A stretch of DNA of 52,715 nucleotides, filler included, from Sphacelaria rigidula (Eukaryota): NCBI GenBank assembly GCA_964200075.2. It is 3 parts of 3 records of this genome, joined end to end, with 100 filler letters (N's around TTAATTAATTAA, not from the genome) between each part and the next. Parts side by side here need not be neighbours in the genome. Positions count along the whole stretch, not along the records: positions 17,607 to 35,112 come from CAXNAA020001064.1; positions 35,213 to 52,715 come from CAXNAA020001065.1; 1 more part is not named here. One strand, 5' to 3'. Positions 23,863-35,386 of the stretch are shown here, piece after piece. Both the position numbers and the translations under genes were made by a program. Position 1 is the stretch's first letter; each line of letters opens with the position of its first letter. Below the pieces are notes generated by a model, which was given only the letters and a program-made list of their open reading frames with translations, was not told where the DNA came from and searched no databases.

Positions 23863-25434
23863 ACAGGCGGCAGAGCCGTGCCGCCTAAGTGCTGGGGAAG
23901 TACTTCTAGTGTTGCTGCTTTCGCACTCCTACTGTTGCTGTTGCGCTTGTGCTAGTGCGCCGTTGCTGCGGACCGGGCTTGCGTGCTGTCGTGATAAAAA
24001 AGAATTGGTCCGCTCAGCGACTTGTTGATATACAAGAACAGCTTTTTTTTCTCCGATACACTTGATTAATATGCAAATCAAGTCCCGTTGACTGCCAGTA
24101 ACTGTCCCTCTCCCAACACTCAGTCCGCGGACACGTGCGATTATGTCTACAACAAAACAGCTTCTTCAGTAGACTTTATGATACCATCGATTGAACGAAG
24201 AGACTCCCACTGACAGGTAGAGAATGCCTCGAAAAAGCACGCTCCGCCAGACCACACCTAATAATGGTGGGAGTGAACATTTCTTATCAATTATCATATT
24301 CCAGCCTATGTGGTAAATAACTCTGGACATCAATGTTATGGGGTCGCAACCTTTCTGTTTTGCAACTGCCGCATACGCGACCATCTCACGTATCTCCGGA
24401 AACAGCGCGACCTCCTTACCCTAGAATTACCCATTGGAGTACCGTATAAGTGCCATACAGTACAGGACTGTGCGGTGTGCCGAACTCGAGTGGTAGCAAC
24501 GAACAACACAGTGTCGTACAACAGAGCCATATATTGCCGATCATGCTGCTGTCAACGGATCACAAACGTTCGGATCTTTTCGAAACCAGGTCGAAACGTC
24601 CGTTCTCCGAAGATCATGACAAGCAGCGATCCAAGCAGGTTTGAAGACGGCCATGCTCTGGCATCTTTGTCAAGGTGTTTCTGCAACCTGCTGGGGTGTA
24701 TAGTATATGTAGTATTGTACTGAGCGGTACTGTGCCATGCTGAACTGTGTCGTGTTTCAGATCGTTCGAATGGCCAATATAATATCTAGCAGGTGGCAAA
24801 TGTGAGGTTGTAGAGTTGTTTAGGCGACACGACAGAGCGATTTCTAGGGCTCGCGTCGCTGGCTATTTTAGTACTGGATGTATGGTACCTGCCGATTTCC
24901 CTTCTTGCTACACTCGAAGCCTACATGCATGTGCCCTCCACGCCCACACGGTTGGATGGAAAGGAATAGAGTCGGCACAGAAGCGATTACGTGCATATTC
25001 GGCGTTAGTGATCACATCCCTGGTGCGGCATAATCCGGTCGGTCCCTATCGCACTTAGCTTGACGATTGACGCACCTGCGGTGTAACATAATAATGAGGG
25101 TAGCTTGCGACGAGCCCGGCCTTATTCCGTGTTTTCCGTATGCCACCACGGCAACCCTTCAATCAACGATTAGCAGTGGTAGTGCCAGGCAGATAGAAAC
25201 AGCAGAACGTGCTCCTAGCTGCCGCCGAGAGACATGATGCCAGTTTAACTTCCATTTAACTGCGGCAACCGCCAGTTGATGGTCTGTGGAGCCAAGTCTC
25301 CGTGTAGCGGATCCAGAATGGGCCTGTACCCTCAGCTCCACGAAGCAATATCTGATGGTCTGTTAGTGATGCTCGGCACTCCGTGCGAAAAGAGCGGCCG
25401 GCTATATGCGTCGCGTGGTGCAACGGGAAAGGCA

Positions 25435-28400
25435 ATGGTGCTGGCCATCCTGGTCTCCACAGCTCTCGTAGCACAAGGAGCACCCGCGTCCTGTTTTGTG
25501 AGTGAGGCCGGACTGCGGCTCCCAAAACGTCCGTTGATCCATTCAGGTTGACCTCCGTTTTACGTGTCGCTCCTCTGGCAAAATAGAACAAAAATGGCGG
25601 GACGCTGCAGTATATCAGAGCGTCGGTCCCGAGCTCACCTATGTCTACGAGTTCTGGCGCTCGTGATGCATTGTTCAAGCCCGTACGTTCAGGCGCTCAT
25701 GGGCTTCTGTCACGCAGCCCTCATATCTCGAGGTAAAAGATACACAATGTATACTGTACTACGGTTATGTGCGGTACTACTGTGTTCCCATACACCCTTG
25801 ATATCTTTCTACTGTACAAGTTATTACCAGTAGTAGGCGAGAAGTTGAGGAGGGAAAGGTTGTGTACACATGGCGTCCACAGCGAGGAAGAGCCAATTTG
25901 GCGTCGAGACTCATTCTCCGCTTCTGAATGGGCGCACTAACTGCATTTTTTCTTGAAGGGAGATCCTCATTTCTGTTGGCCTCGTCAGCCATACAGACGA
26001 AGCACATAAGAGTAGGGCGCGGCGCGTGCACTGCGCCAAGTTGACAGAGGTTTTTAGTGAATTCAACCGCCACACGGCCTTGAGCACAGCCTTCCAAACG
26101 CTCGAGGCGCCTACCCCATATGACTACCGAGCCTCCGGGTAATTGGTGCACGCACCCGCTCGCGGGGTAAGGGTAAGTGTGTTGGGTCAGGTTTCCTCCT
26201 TACTTCACGCGGGGGGGGGTTCTTATCATCACTTTGTTCGTCATGTCATTACTTTCCCCAATTCATTCGTACTTCGCGAGAAGCATGCTTCACATTGACT
26301 TATACTTGACAAGGTGTCCGTGGAGATCAGGTTGCTTTTTTTTGCACGTCAGAAGTCGTTCCTTTCTCTTTAGCGGTGCTGACTCCAAGATAAAATACTC
26401 GATTCAACTCATCCTTGAATCATCCTGAACAAGCGCGTTAGCCCCGATTCGTGGGAACAATATGCCGTGTTTAATGGGGCAATCCGAAAATGTCCTCCGA
26501 AATACACAACGAGCCACGCTACGATAGGGGGGAGGGGAGTATTTGCTTCCACGAAAAAAGGGGCTGACAGGTGTGTCAGACGACTCAACACACTTGCGGT
26601 GCACTTGTATATAGGTAAAAACGGAGTCAATCAGTATTAATGAGCGTTATCTATCGGTAACAAGCGCTCTTGAACGACCGTTGCTGCTTTCAACGAAGAT
26701 TGGAAGTAGAATTTCGTGGATGAAATGGCCCAAAATATCCCCCCCCCACCCCCTATCGTAGCATGACTCCAATATGCATGAAATTATCATTTCTTGACTG
26801 GGGACACTTTGAATGCCTGGACCGGCTTTGCTATTTCATCGATTTCGAAGGAAGTTTGGTCAATTACCGGATGTTGTGGGGTCGAGAAAACTAACGTGAC
26901 ACACTGTTTCCACGGTACGGGCTCAAACCCTAGGACACATTAGCTGGACACATCGTTTCCCGGATCAAATCCGCGGAAGAATAGTTAGTGGTCCCGATCT
27001 CACCAAAACAAACTTCACACTTTGATCTTCCGAGAGACTTTGTTAGTGCTGGTCATTGAAGCTGACCAACTTGGCCGAACCGTCGAGTGGGATGGAGTTG
27101 TGTAATTCTTACCGCTATATACAGTTTTAGCGTTATTTACACCACAAAATTTCGTCTTTTCACCAAAAAACACGACAATGATCTCAACAACAAATTCTCA
27201 GACCCGGATGCCATCTGTAGAGTCTCAATACCAGTAGGTAACGAACCCCTCCGTGGCTTGTTCTCATGCGAACCCTGCGTCCGTTGGCATCGGCAAAATC
27301 CTTGCATCCGTTGCCCCGTCTCGTCAGGGCCCATTGGAAGTCTGCGGAACATATTCTCGGTGCGTTCCGGGTCACTACTGTACCGACGGAGCTAAATTTC
27401 CGTGCCCCGCTGGGACGTTCGGCAGTTCAGTGGATGAAACGAGCTATTCGTGCTCGGGACCCTGTCCAGCTGGCCATTTTTGTCCGGAGGGGACTTCAAG
27501 GTTTGCTCGCAGTCGATGCCATCGTGATTCGTCTTTCTCTTGCTGCTGAGTACGCGTCCCCGCACCCATGCTCCGGTTCTCTGAGATACTCCCCGGTACA
27601 CTCGGCATCCCTGCCTTTGGAATGCATGTTCATGTGGCAAGCCCAACGAAGTAGGGGAGAACCGCTGTAAATTTTGTTTCCAATTTGGTTCACAAGATCA
27701 CAGAGAATGAGAAAAAACTTTGGTTGCGAGCTGTTCTCGGAGATAGACAGCCCGAATCATAGTTCCATCATGTACCACGCGAACCTGTAAGGGAAAGCGG
27801 CGGCAGTTGAGCATTACCCTCCCGTGCCTGCAATTCTTCCGGGCACATTTTCTATATATCAGAGATCATCCCCAGGACAACGATCTGGACGTGATACGTC
27901 AGACCTACCCCACCACAGCAGGAGGTGACCACACTCACCCAGTTCCTTCCTGTTTGCGCTTCTCGACTGCGTCAGTCCGATCGTCTGCGGCAAAAGCAGC
28001 GCCATCTGCCCCGTAGGATCAGCATTTCCCACATTGGTATCTCCAGGGTACTATGGGACGGGTGGGCTATCGTCGAGTACTCGGCAGGCGCAGGACATCT
28101 GCCGGGAGGGCCACTACTGTAGGGAGGGGGTGATGTCGCTTTGCCCGGCAGGGACATTCGGGGAAACTGAGGGTCTGCAAGACGTGTCGTGCTCCGGCCC
28201 GTGCCCCGCAGGTATGTAAACGCGTAAGAGTCCAGCAACCACCATGTCAAGAACCAGGATCAACGGTTACATTGCTTTAGAGGAGGTTTTCATTTTGGCC
28301 GCACGCAGAGGTTTCATTGAGCAAGTTTGAGTGAGCAGTCGGTCGGTCAATCGGGCGTGAGATGGTTTGCTTTTCGAGCGTTGTCCGATCCCCGTCTGAC

Positions 28401-31400
28401 GGAAACGGACTGGTGCTATTTTTGCGCTGCATTGGGTTGTCAGGTCGTCGAGTTTCGCCGCTCCGTGTGGATGCTACGATTTAGTAGTGTACGCGAATAC
28501 ATCTCCATTGTCCCCTGCTTGTGTGTTCCATCCACAAACGTCTTGGCCTGTTTATATGATTTTTCATCTCTGACTCGACGATTGCGGTGTAGTTCCGTGT
28601 GTCTCTTGTCCACAACTCGAACATACTATCGTCGCGGCACAGATACGTCACTCGGTTTGATAAAACATGGTTTTGTGCGAGACGCGGTCGCCCCACTGCA
28701 GTCGTCCCCAGCAGGTGGATAGCGATAACAACCTCCTGTTGTTCCATCAACCATACGTCTGCCCTATGTAAAAAATAAGTACTTAGCCATTTGCACATGT
28801 GCCATGCTCTTGAAACACAGAGCTCATTTTCACGAAAACCCACAGGGTGGTACTGTCCCGCGGGCACCGTCAATTCGTTCGCTCTGCCGTGCGGGGGTCC
28901 CCGTGTTTTTTGCCCGGAGGGCTCGAGGAGACCATTGCCTGTCGATCTAGGGCATTATGCTGTTGATCTCGGTGCAGATCAGAACGCGGAACCCGGTGGA
29001 TACATCTCCCAGGTACACAGTTATAGGGAACTTGCGTGTTTCTATGTTCGTTTGCCCTTTCGAAGCGTTATTTGTCCCCCGGGGCATGCTCACCGCACAT
29101 CACGACAGGCATTTGTTTTTAGTTCTCGCTGGTGAACGGTATTACAGGACTTTCCAAAGGCCCCCACGTGTTGTGGTGAGCGGTGCAGGTGGGAGGGGGG
29201 AGGGAGATGCAAGGTCGGGGGTATTGTGCATGTCGCTGGTAGGAACATGGAGTCGAGTAACACGTGTGTTCGTGATAACGAACCCTTGTGTGATTCATGG
29301 ACGTGACGATACCAATTGTGACCAACGCGACGAAGGCGTCGGCTGCTACTGCGGGTTGTATACGCAAATATACAGCCGTGTCACTAGCACACACAACAAC
29401 AGATACACGTAAATCAACAGCGAAAACATATAACATCACCATTGGACGACTCTCCTCAGTTTGCCATGGCACTTTATCCCTGCATTGATTCGCTTCTTGC
29501 CCCCTTCACCTCGCACGTCTACACAGGCTCGATGCCCAATCGGACGATGGTGTGACCAGGGGCTGTCATTCCTCTGCCCCCCAGGTCGTTTCGGGGCTTC
29601 CCAGGCCTCTACGAACTCCTCGTGCACGGGATCTTGTCGGAAGGGTCATTATTGCCCTGAGGGAAGCTACCGCGCAGATCAGGTACAAAAATACGTCGGA
29701 CAAACACATGCGTCGGAAACACCAGAAAACAGTTCATGTTCAGGGATAGATCAATTACAGAAGCGTACCACAAATAAAAGCGGCTCGGAATTCTCTGATT
29801 GGCCGAAAAAAGATACCAAGATCCACCACTTGACGTCAGTCATGATCAAAAGTCCCTCCGCTTCAAAGGGGCCGTGCGCAAAGGGTACATGGTGCTACCA
29901 CGGTGCAGCACTATCACACATGCTGATTGGAAGGTAGACAACACCCCTCTGGATGCCTTGGAATACCATCTCGTTATGTTCTCGAGCTGGTGCGTGACGT
30001 CGGCCTGAAGGCACTGGGACTTGTGCTTCCTGTACGCTCGGTCACTGCATCTCGGTACGCTCGGTCACTGCATCTCGGTACGCTCGGTCACTGCATCCTG
30101 AATAACTTGGAGCAAGGACAAGAGGGGCGGGGGAAGCAACCACTAAAACGGCTGTGTGTTGGCACTCCTACTTCGACGCGTGTGCAGGCTTGTTCGGAGA
30201 CGCCAAGGCTTTGTTCCAAATATATGCAGGGATACTTCTTCCTACTGCAAGTAGAAGTGTAGCCTCCATTTGACTATATGCTGCGTGAATAACTGCACTC
30301 TCAAATCAGCGAGGTGTGCCATTCCCCTCCCACCCCTCCTCCTTCTCGATTCCTCAGTACGTCTGCGGGAACGCCTCCGTATACTGCCCCGAAGGCGGAT
30401 CGTCGCCAACGAAGGCATTGGAGGGATTTTACACCGTGGGAACGGCGATAGGAGTGGAAGACAGGCATCCATGGCTAGGCGTGTCTTCTACTCGAGACTC
30501 TCAGGTGAACTCCCAGCATATAACTCGTAGCGCCCGAGAAGGCGTGGATCGACATCGATGGTTTATGCAACTACTGCGCGGTTCGGACGAATAAAACCGT
30601 GATTCGACTCCTATTCAACATTCGGACGAATCAATCATACGAGTCGTACACAAATTGTGATTTGTACATGTTCTGGGTTCGTGATTCGTACGACACCGCT
30701 TTGAGGTGTACATATTCCCAGTTCGTGGCTCGTGCGGTGCACCGTCAAAGGTGCACGTTTCGTACGCTCCATGCGCATGGCGTGAATCAAGCGTACATGT
30801 TTCCCAATTTCCATTCATTCAGCACGAATCATGGGCACACGCTCCCCACCTTCCATTCATACGAGGTGAACCAAGCGTACATTTTTTTCCATTTCCGATC
30901 ATGCAGCATGAATCATACGTACATGCTTTTTACCTTCCATTCATACGAGGTGAATCAAGCGTACATGTTTTCCACTTTCCGTTCATGTGGGATGAATCAT
31001 ACGTGCGAAGTACATATTTTCTACTTTTCATTCATGCAAGATGGATCTAGTGTACATTTATCCCACGTTTCATTTATGCAGCGTGAATCGTGCGCATTTA
31101 TTCTCGACCTGCTGTTCATACGATACGAATCAGGTGAACATGTTGTTTCCCACCTGTCATTTCATGGGGCGCGAAGTTTTGGTGGCGCGGTCCTTTTGCA
31201 GGTGGGGTATGCAAGTAAGAGCGTACAGGTCGCGAACCCCTCAAGAACCAAATCCGTAATGAATAAACCGACTTCAATTTTTGTACCAACACGTAACACA
31301 TCAACTATGGAAGTATAACACACGCAGACGCGTGCCTAGAGCGATTCTTCTAGCTAGTCCCCTCCCCCCCCCAGAGGTATGCTGTTGACAGCCTTTATGG

Positions 31401-34400
31401 TTTCATGTTGTGTTCCGTGGTACAGTTGACCTGAACATACTGTATACAATACCACGAACACTTGCGAAGAACACAGCACCAGCACGAGTTGTCCTCGCAT
31501 GCTCGCGGGAGTAAACTCCGGCAGTGTACTCTGCAGTCCAGGGGCAGTACGGTACAGCATCGCACAGCACGCCTCGAGTGGTTCTTCTAGCTGTTTATTT
31601 CCCCATGATTCATACAGCATGAATCACAGATACATGTTTCCCACTTTTCATCCATACGGGATAATCACATGTACATATTTCCCAATTATTGCCGTTCATG
31701 CAGCATAAATCATAGACACAGGTTCTGCACCTTCTATTTATACGAGGTAATCACCGGTAGATGTTTCCCAATTTCCGTTCATGCAGCATGTCTCTTACAT
31801 ACGTGTTCTCCGCCTTCGATCCATACGAGGTGAATCAAGCGTACATGTTTCCGAATCTCCGTTCATGCAGCATGAACCGTACGTACGTGTTCCCCACTTT
31901 CGATTCATGCAAGACGAATCAGGTGTACACGGTTCCCTCCCAAGGTTTATACAGGAAGTGTGATTCGTACGTACTTTGCACCCTTGATTCGTCTGATACT
32001 ACTTGGAGGGTACACATTTCCAGCTCGTGATTCATGCGGTATGACACTGAACATACAACTTTACCATTCGTGATTCATACCGCGTGACTCTTTGGTACAT
32101 GACTCACATTCAACATTCATGGGGAGTTAACCCTTATGAACTCGGATTCATCCGATCCGTGAACTACTGCGTACTGTATCTTCATTTACTGTACAGTTTG
32201 CTGCCACCGGTGCACACCGGTTTGCGCTGTAGCTGGCTTCACGACTCTTTGTGCGCTTGAAATAAGTGCACAGGAGTGAAATGCACATGCACACACCCCT
32301 CACAACTCTGCCGTCACAATTTGTCTGTTTCGTTGTCCGAAGCATGGTATCACCAAGAAAGCAGCAACAGCTAGAATGATTTTTTCGCTTAGCATTTCAG
32401 CGGGTGCGTAACGGCGAAGGAGACGGGAGATCTGGAGATATAAAAAGCAACTCCTGCAAGGGATACAGAATCAACCACCTGGGCTGAATTTGGGCCTAAA
32501 TGTCACGCGCCTCCGTGAAGTATGACTCGCGGGTTCTCCCCTTGTGTGCTTCGAGTTGGATGAGGTGCACATGAACGCATACCTCTATCCCAGCAAAGTC
32601 TTTTCCGAACCTTTGTCAACCACGAGAATCGCTTTTACGACAGCGATCTCCAATAATTATCACCCGCAAGTAAGCGCTCTCTAAGTTCTGGTCGCACAGG
32701 ATAATGCCCGATTCGCCGTGTAAACCTTGTCCTCCTTGTAGAATGGATTGCTACGTATGTATTTGTCAAGCGAGTCGCATAGTCCTATCTATATATGGGG
32801 GAAGAGCACCAGACAGAAATCCTCCAAGCTGAGGAGGACGGGGGTGTGGCGGGGTTGAGATAAGGCTACGTCACGTCTCCGTCAGTTTCGCCTTGAACCT
32901 CAGCCTTCAACAACACGAGCTACACCGGACGGATGCAGGTGTTGTGCGGACCGGGATTCTACTGCACGGAAGGTGTGCGTCGACCGTGTCCCCCGGGGAC
33001 ATACGGGAACACCTCGGGGTTATCGACGCCCTCTTGCTCCGGCCCTTGTGCTGCGGGTGAGGAAGATAGAGAAACAAGGAGGAAAATAGACAAAGAGCGA
33101 AACACGTTGCACAACGCGCCCAAGAGGAAAGGGGTCGCTGTTTTTGTAGCCCACGACTGGACGTTTCGTTTCTCTCTTGCAAAAAACATACTCCGTTAAA
33201 ACAAGGTAGGTTACCCGGTCCACCAATGTAGTGTCGAAGACGCCAAACCTGGGGATCTACGGGGGACATTTACTACATGGTCGCCGAGGAGGGCGTAGCT
33301 CCTGCTTTCCTGATGAGAACGACTATTGCCGTCTTTGGCCGAAGATCCCCTAGAGCAACGCCTACTCTTTTCGTTGATATTTAGTCGAGAAGTTGGGCAG
33401 ACTATGGAGTGCCCCAACTGTACCTCCGACTTCATAGTTTCGGGCTCTTTAGTATGACATGCATGGTTGTCTGGGGTGTCGAGATCCCAGAAATGCAGAG
33501 AAAACGGGCCATTTCGGAATGGTCGTTATCCTGATGCGGGTGTCTCTCGGTGGTTCGTGCCTGTTGTGACATCAATCGCCGATGTGCGCGTACGAAATTG
33601 TTACTTGCTACGCTCATAGCATACTTATCTATCTATCTATATATATACACTCACGCGCGCGCGCGTGTATTCAAACTAACACCCTATTTGTCTTGATAGA
33701 GGAGTGATATCATTGTCCTAAACTCACGCGGCACGAACCGAAGAAAACAGTGCCAAACAGAAAAAAGAGAGCGAGCAGCGATTACGTTGCATGCGCGGAC
33801 AAGCAGCAGCAGCGCTCGGGTCTCGATCTGTTCGTTTCCTTAACGACACACCTAAACACGCACTAAGCATTGAGAGGGAAGTGCGCCGGGGGGGAGGGAG
33901 GGGGGAAGGGCATCACGCTGGATGCTCAATACACAAGCTAAGACCAGTTTTTTGTGGTAATTCTGGAGTTGTACAAAGCCGTGTAGTGTATTTCAGCCTC
34001 TCTGAGCGCGGTTCTATCCCCCGGATCGCGTTTTCAGACCCCCAGTCCCTTGGGTAATGTTTTTCTGCTAGCTGTGAGGAAACCGGATCAGTTTTCCGAT
34101 TCTCTGGACATTGACCTTTGACGTTTCAATTCTGCCCAAATTGACACAAGCCCGAATATGTGTGAACGAAAAACAGATCCGCGGCTCAAAGCTGTTCCTC
34201 GTGCACACATTCTCGGACTTTTCTCGATTCGAGCAGAAAGGGTTAAATACCAGAACTCAACTTCCAGAGAACCGGAGAGTCGATCTGGTTTCCCAACAGC
34301 TAGCCGAGAAACATTGCCCGACGAAGTGGGGCTCGAAGACTCAATCCGCGGGGTGGAATCGGCCTCAGAGAGGCTGAAATCCCCAGACTTGTGCACACGT

Positions 34401-34644
34401 TAATTTTGCCCCGATAAAAACGGGTCAAAGCTAAACACTCGGTATTATCGCGTTCGTTGGGCCGTCCACAATGTTTTTGCTTGCCCTTGTTGTGAACTGC
34501 GGTGGGCTGTTTCACTTGTACGTTGTGACGGTTGAATATGATACAGGTTTCGTTTGCGGTGAAGGGGCAACGATCGCCACCGAGGCCTTTTGCGGTGGGC
34601 AGGGCGAACTTTTCTGTCCCGAAGGATCGTCAACACCGACCACG
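25435..34644 (+). CDS. Secreted or cell-surface cysteine-rich repeat protein (GCC2/GCC3 / ephrin-receptor-like Cys repeats); 3'-truncated by the contig spacer
   Basis: Phase-compatible GT-AG exons: 25435-25497 (signal-peptide-like MVLAILVSTALVAQGAPASCF), 27328-27500, 27976-28211, 28846-29012, 29527-29682, 30358-30504, 32939-33056 and 34547-34644. Repeating units are CxPGHYCxxG-CPAGTFG-CSGPCPAGHFCPEG and CG-x4-FCPEGS. No stop exon occurs before the spacer at 35113. Confidence 0.82.
26511..26769. mobile_element. ~259-bp MITE (TIR GAGTCATGCTACGATAGGGGG type) in intron 1 of the Cys-rich gene
   Basis: Left end GAGCCACGCTACGATAGGGGG matches the reverse complement of the right end, GAGTCATGCTACGATAGGGGG, at 19/21. 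Flanks are CAAC and CAAT. Confidence 0.72.
30032..30097 (+). repeat. 23-bp tandem repeat, ~2.9 copies
   Basis: GTACGCTCGGTCACTGCATCTCG repeated. Confidence 0.85.
30620..31165 (+). repeat. 42-bp minisatellite block 1 (A/B alternating, 84-bp higher-order unit)
   Basis: Units such as GTGAATCAAGCGTACATGTTTCCCAATTTCCATTCATTCAGC. The 14-codon periodicity is visible in ORF 30599-31318. Confidence 0.85.
31593..32110 (+). repeat. 42-bp minisatellite block 2
   Basis: Same unit, e.g. TTCATGCAGCATGAACCGTACGTACGTGTTCCCCACTTTCGA. Confidence 0.82.
33935..34435. repeat. ~500-bp degenerate foldback in an intron of the Cys-rich gene
   Basis: 33990-34177 aligns continuously with the reverse complement of 34192-34380 (e.g. 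ATTTCAGCCTCTCTGAG / CTCAGAGAGGCTGAAAT). Confidence 0.82.
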
Positions 34645-34927
34645 GTCAGTCTTTTAGCCGTGACGTTCAGCCGTCCAAGTTCCTGAGGGGTCGTGTCTGT
34701 ACGAGTGCATTTCTCGCGCTGCATCATGCCGGATCACTGCGACATGCACCCTGAATATCCTCAAACCGTTTAACGACATGTTGCGACCGAGCCTCTGCAT
34801 GTCCGTTCCGTGACAACATGTGACAGAAGTAGATATACACACTATATGTTGGACATTCACGAGGTAAAATATTTTTTATATTTATTGTTCACGCTTTGGG
34901 ATGGAGTGGTCCGGGTAACTGGTTACC

Positions 34928-34964
<37 letters not shown>
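34928..34964 (+). repeat. (GCA)n microsatellite
   Basis: About 12 perfect trinucleotide units. Confidence 0.9.
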
Positions 34965-34966
<2 letters not shown>

Positions 34967-35054
34967 TAGTAACAAGCACGATCTCGGTCGCAATGCTGGG
35001 TTGTAGTTGTGAAGGCTTCTGCGACGCCATTGCTATGTCCCCCCCCCCCTGCCC

Positions 35055-35112
35055 CTTCAGGTTGTACACCCATGAGGCAGTGTAAAAGCTGTGGCTGTCT
35101 CTGGAAGTGGCG
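35055..35112 (+). repeat. Dispersed repeat family C copy at contig end
   Basis: ACACCCATGAGGCAGTGTAAAAGCTGTGGCTGTCTCTGGAAGTGGCG, running into the spacer. Confidence 0.72.
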
Positions 35113-35212
35113 NNNNNNNNNNNNNNNNNNNNNNNNNNNNNNNNNNNNNNNNNNNNTTAATTAATTAANNNNNNNNNNNNNNNNNNNNNNNNNNNNNNNN
35201 NNNNNNNNNNNN
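35113..35212. other. Artificial contig-joining spacer (44 N + TTAATTAATTAA + 44 N)
   Basis: Same 100-bp structure as 17507-17606. Genes on both sides are truncated at it. Confidence 0.95.

Positions 35213-35284
<72 letters not shown>
35213..35284 (+). repeat. Poly-G homopolymer at contig start
   Basis: About 72 consecutive G. Confidence 0.9.
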
Positions 35285-35285
<1 letters not shown>

Positions 35286-35386
35286 GCTGGACAAGAGCAA
35301 AAACAGAAATAAAGAGTCGAATCATGTTGAGGGTGACTATAACAAAACATCGCTGTGCGTGTGTATGTCTGTCTACTGTATCCCAG

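Larger units (their letters stand above)
30577..32161. mobile_element. Non-autonomous hAT-like DNA transposon containing a 42-bp tandem array (intron of the Cys-rich gene)
   Basis: 8-bp TSD AACTACTG at 30569-30576 and 32162-32169. The left end CGCGGTTCGGACGAAT matches the reverse complement of the right end, CACGGATCGGATGAAT, at 13/16. No transposase ORF. Confidence 0.78.

Noticed and set aside
30599..31318. 239-aa ORF with 14-aa repeats, and the array as a possible CRISPR
   Set aside because: The ORF is a by-product of a 42-bp (3n) repeat inside an intronic transposon. The inter-hairpin segments are homologous rather than unique spacers, and no cas genes are present.
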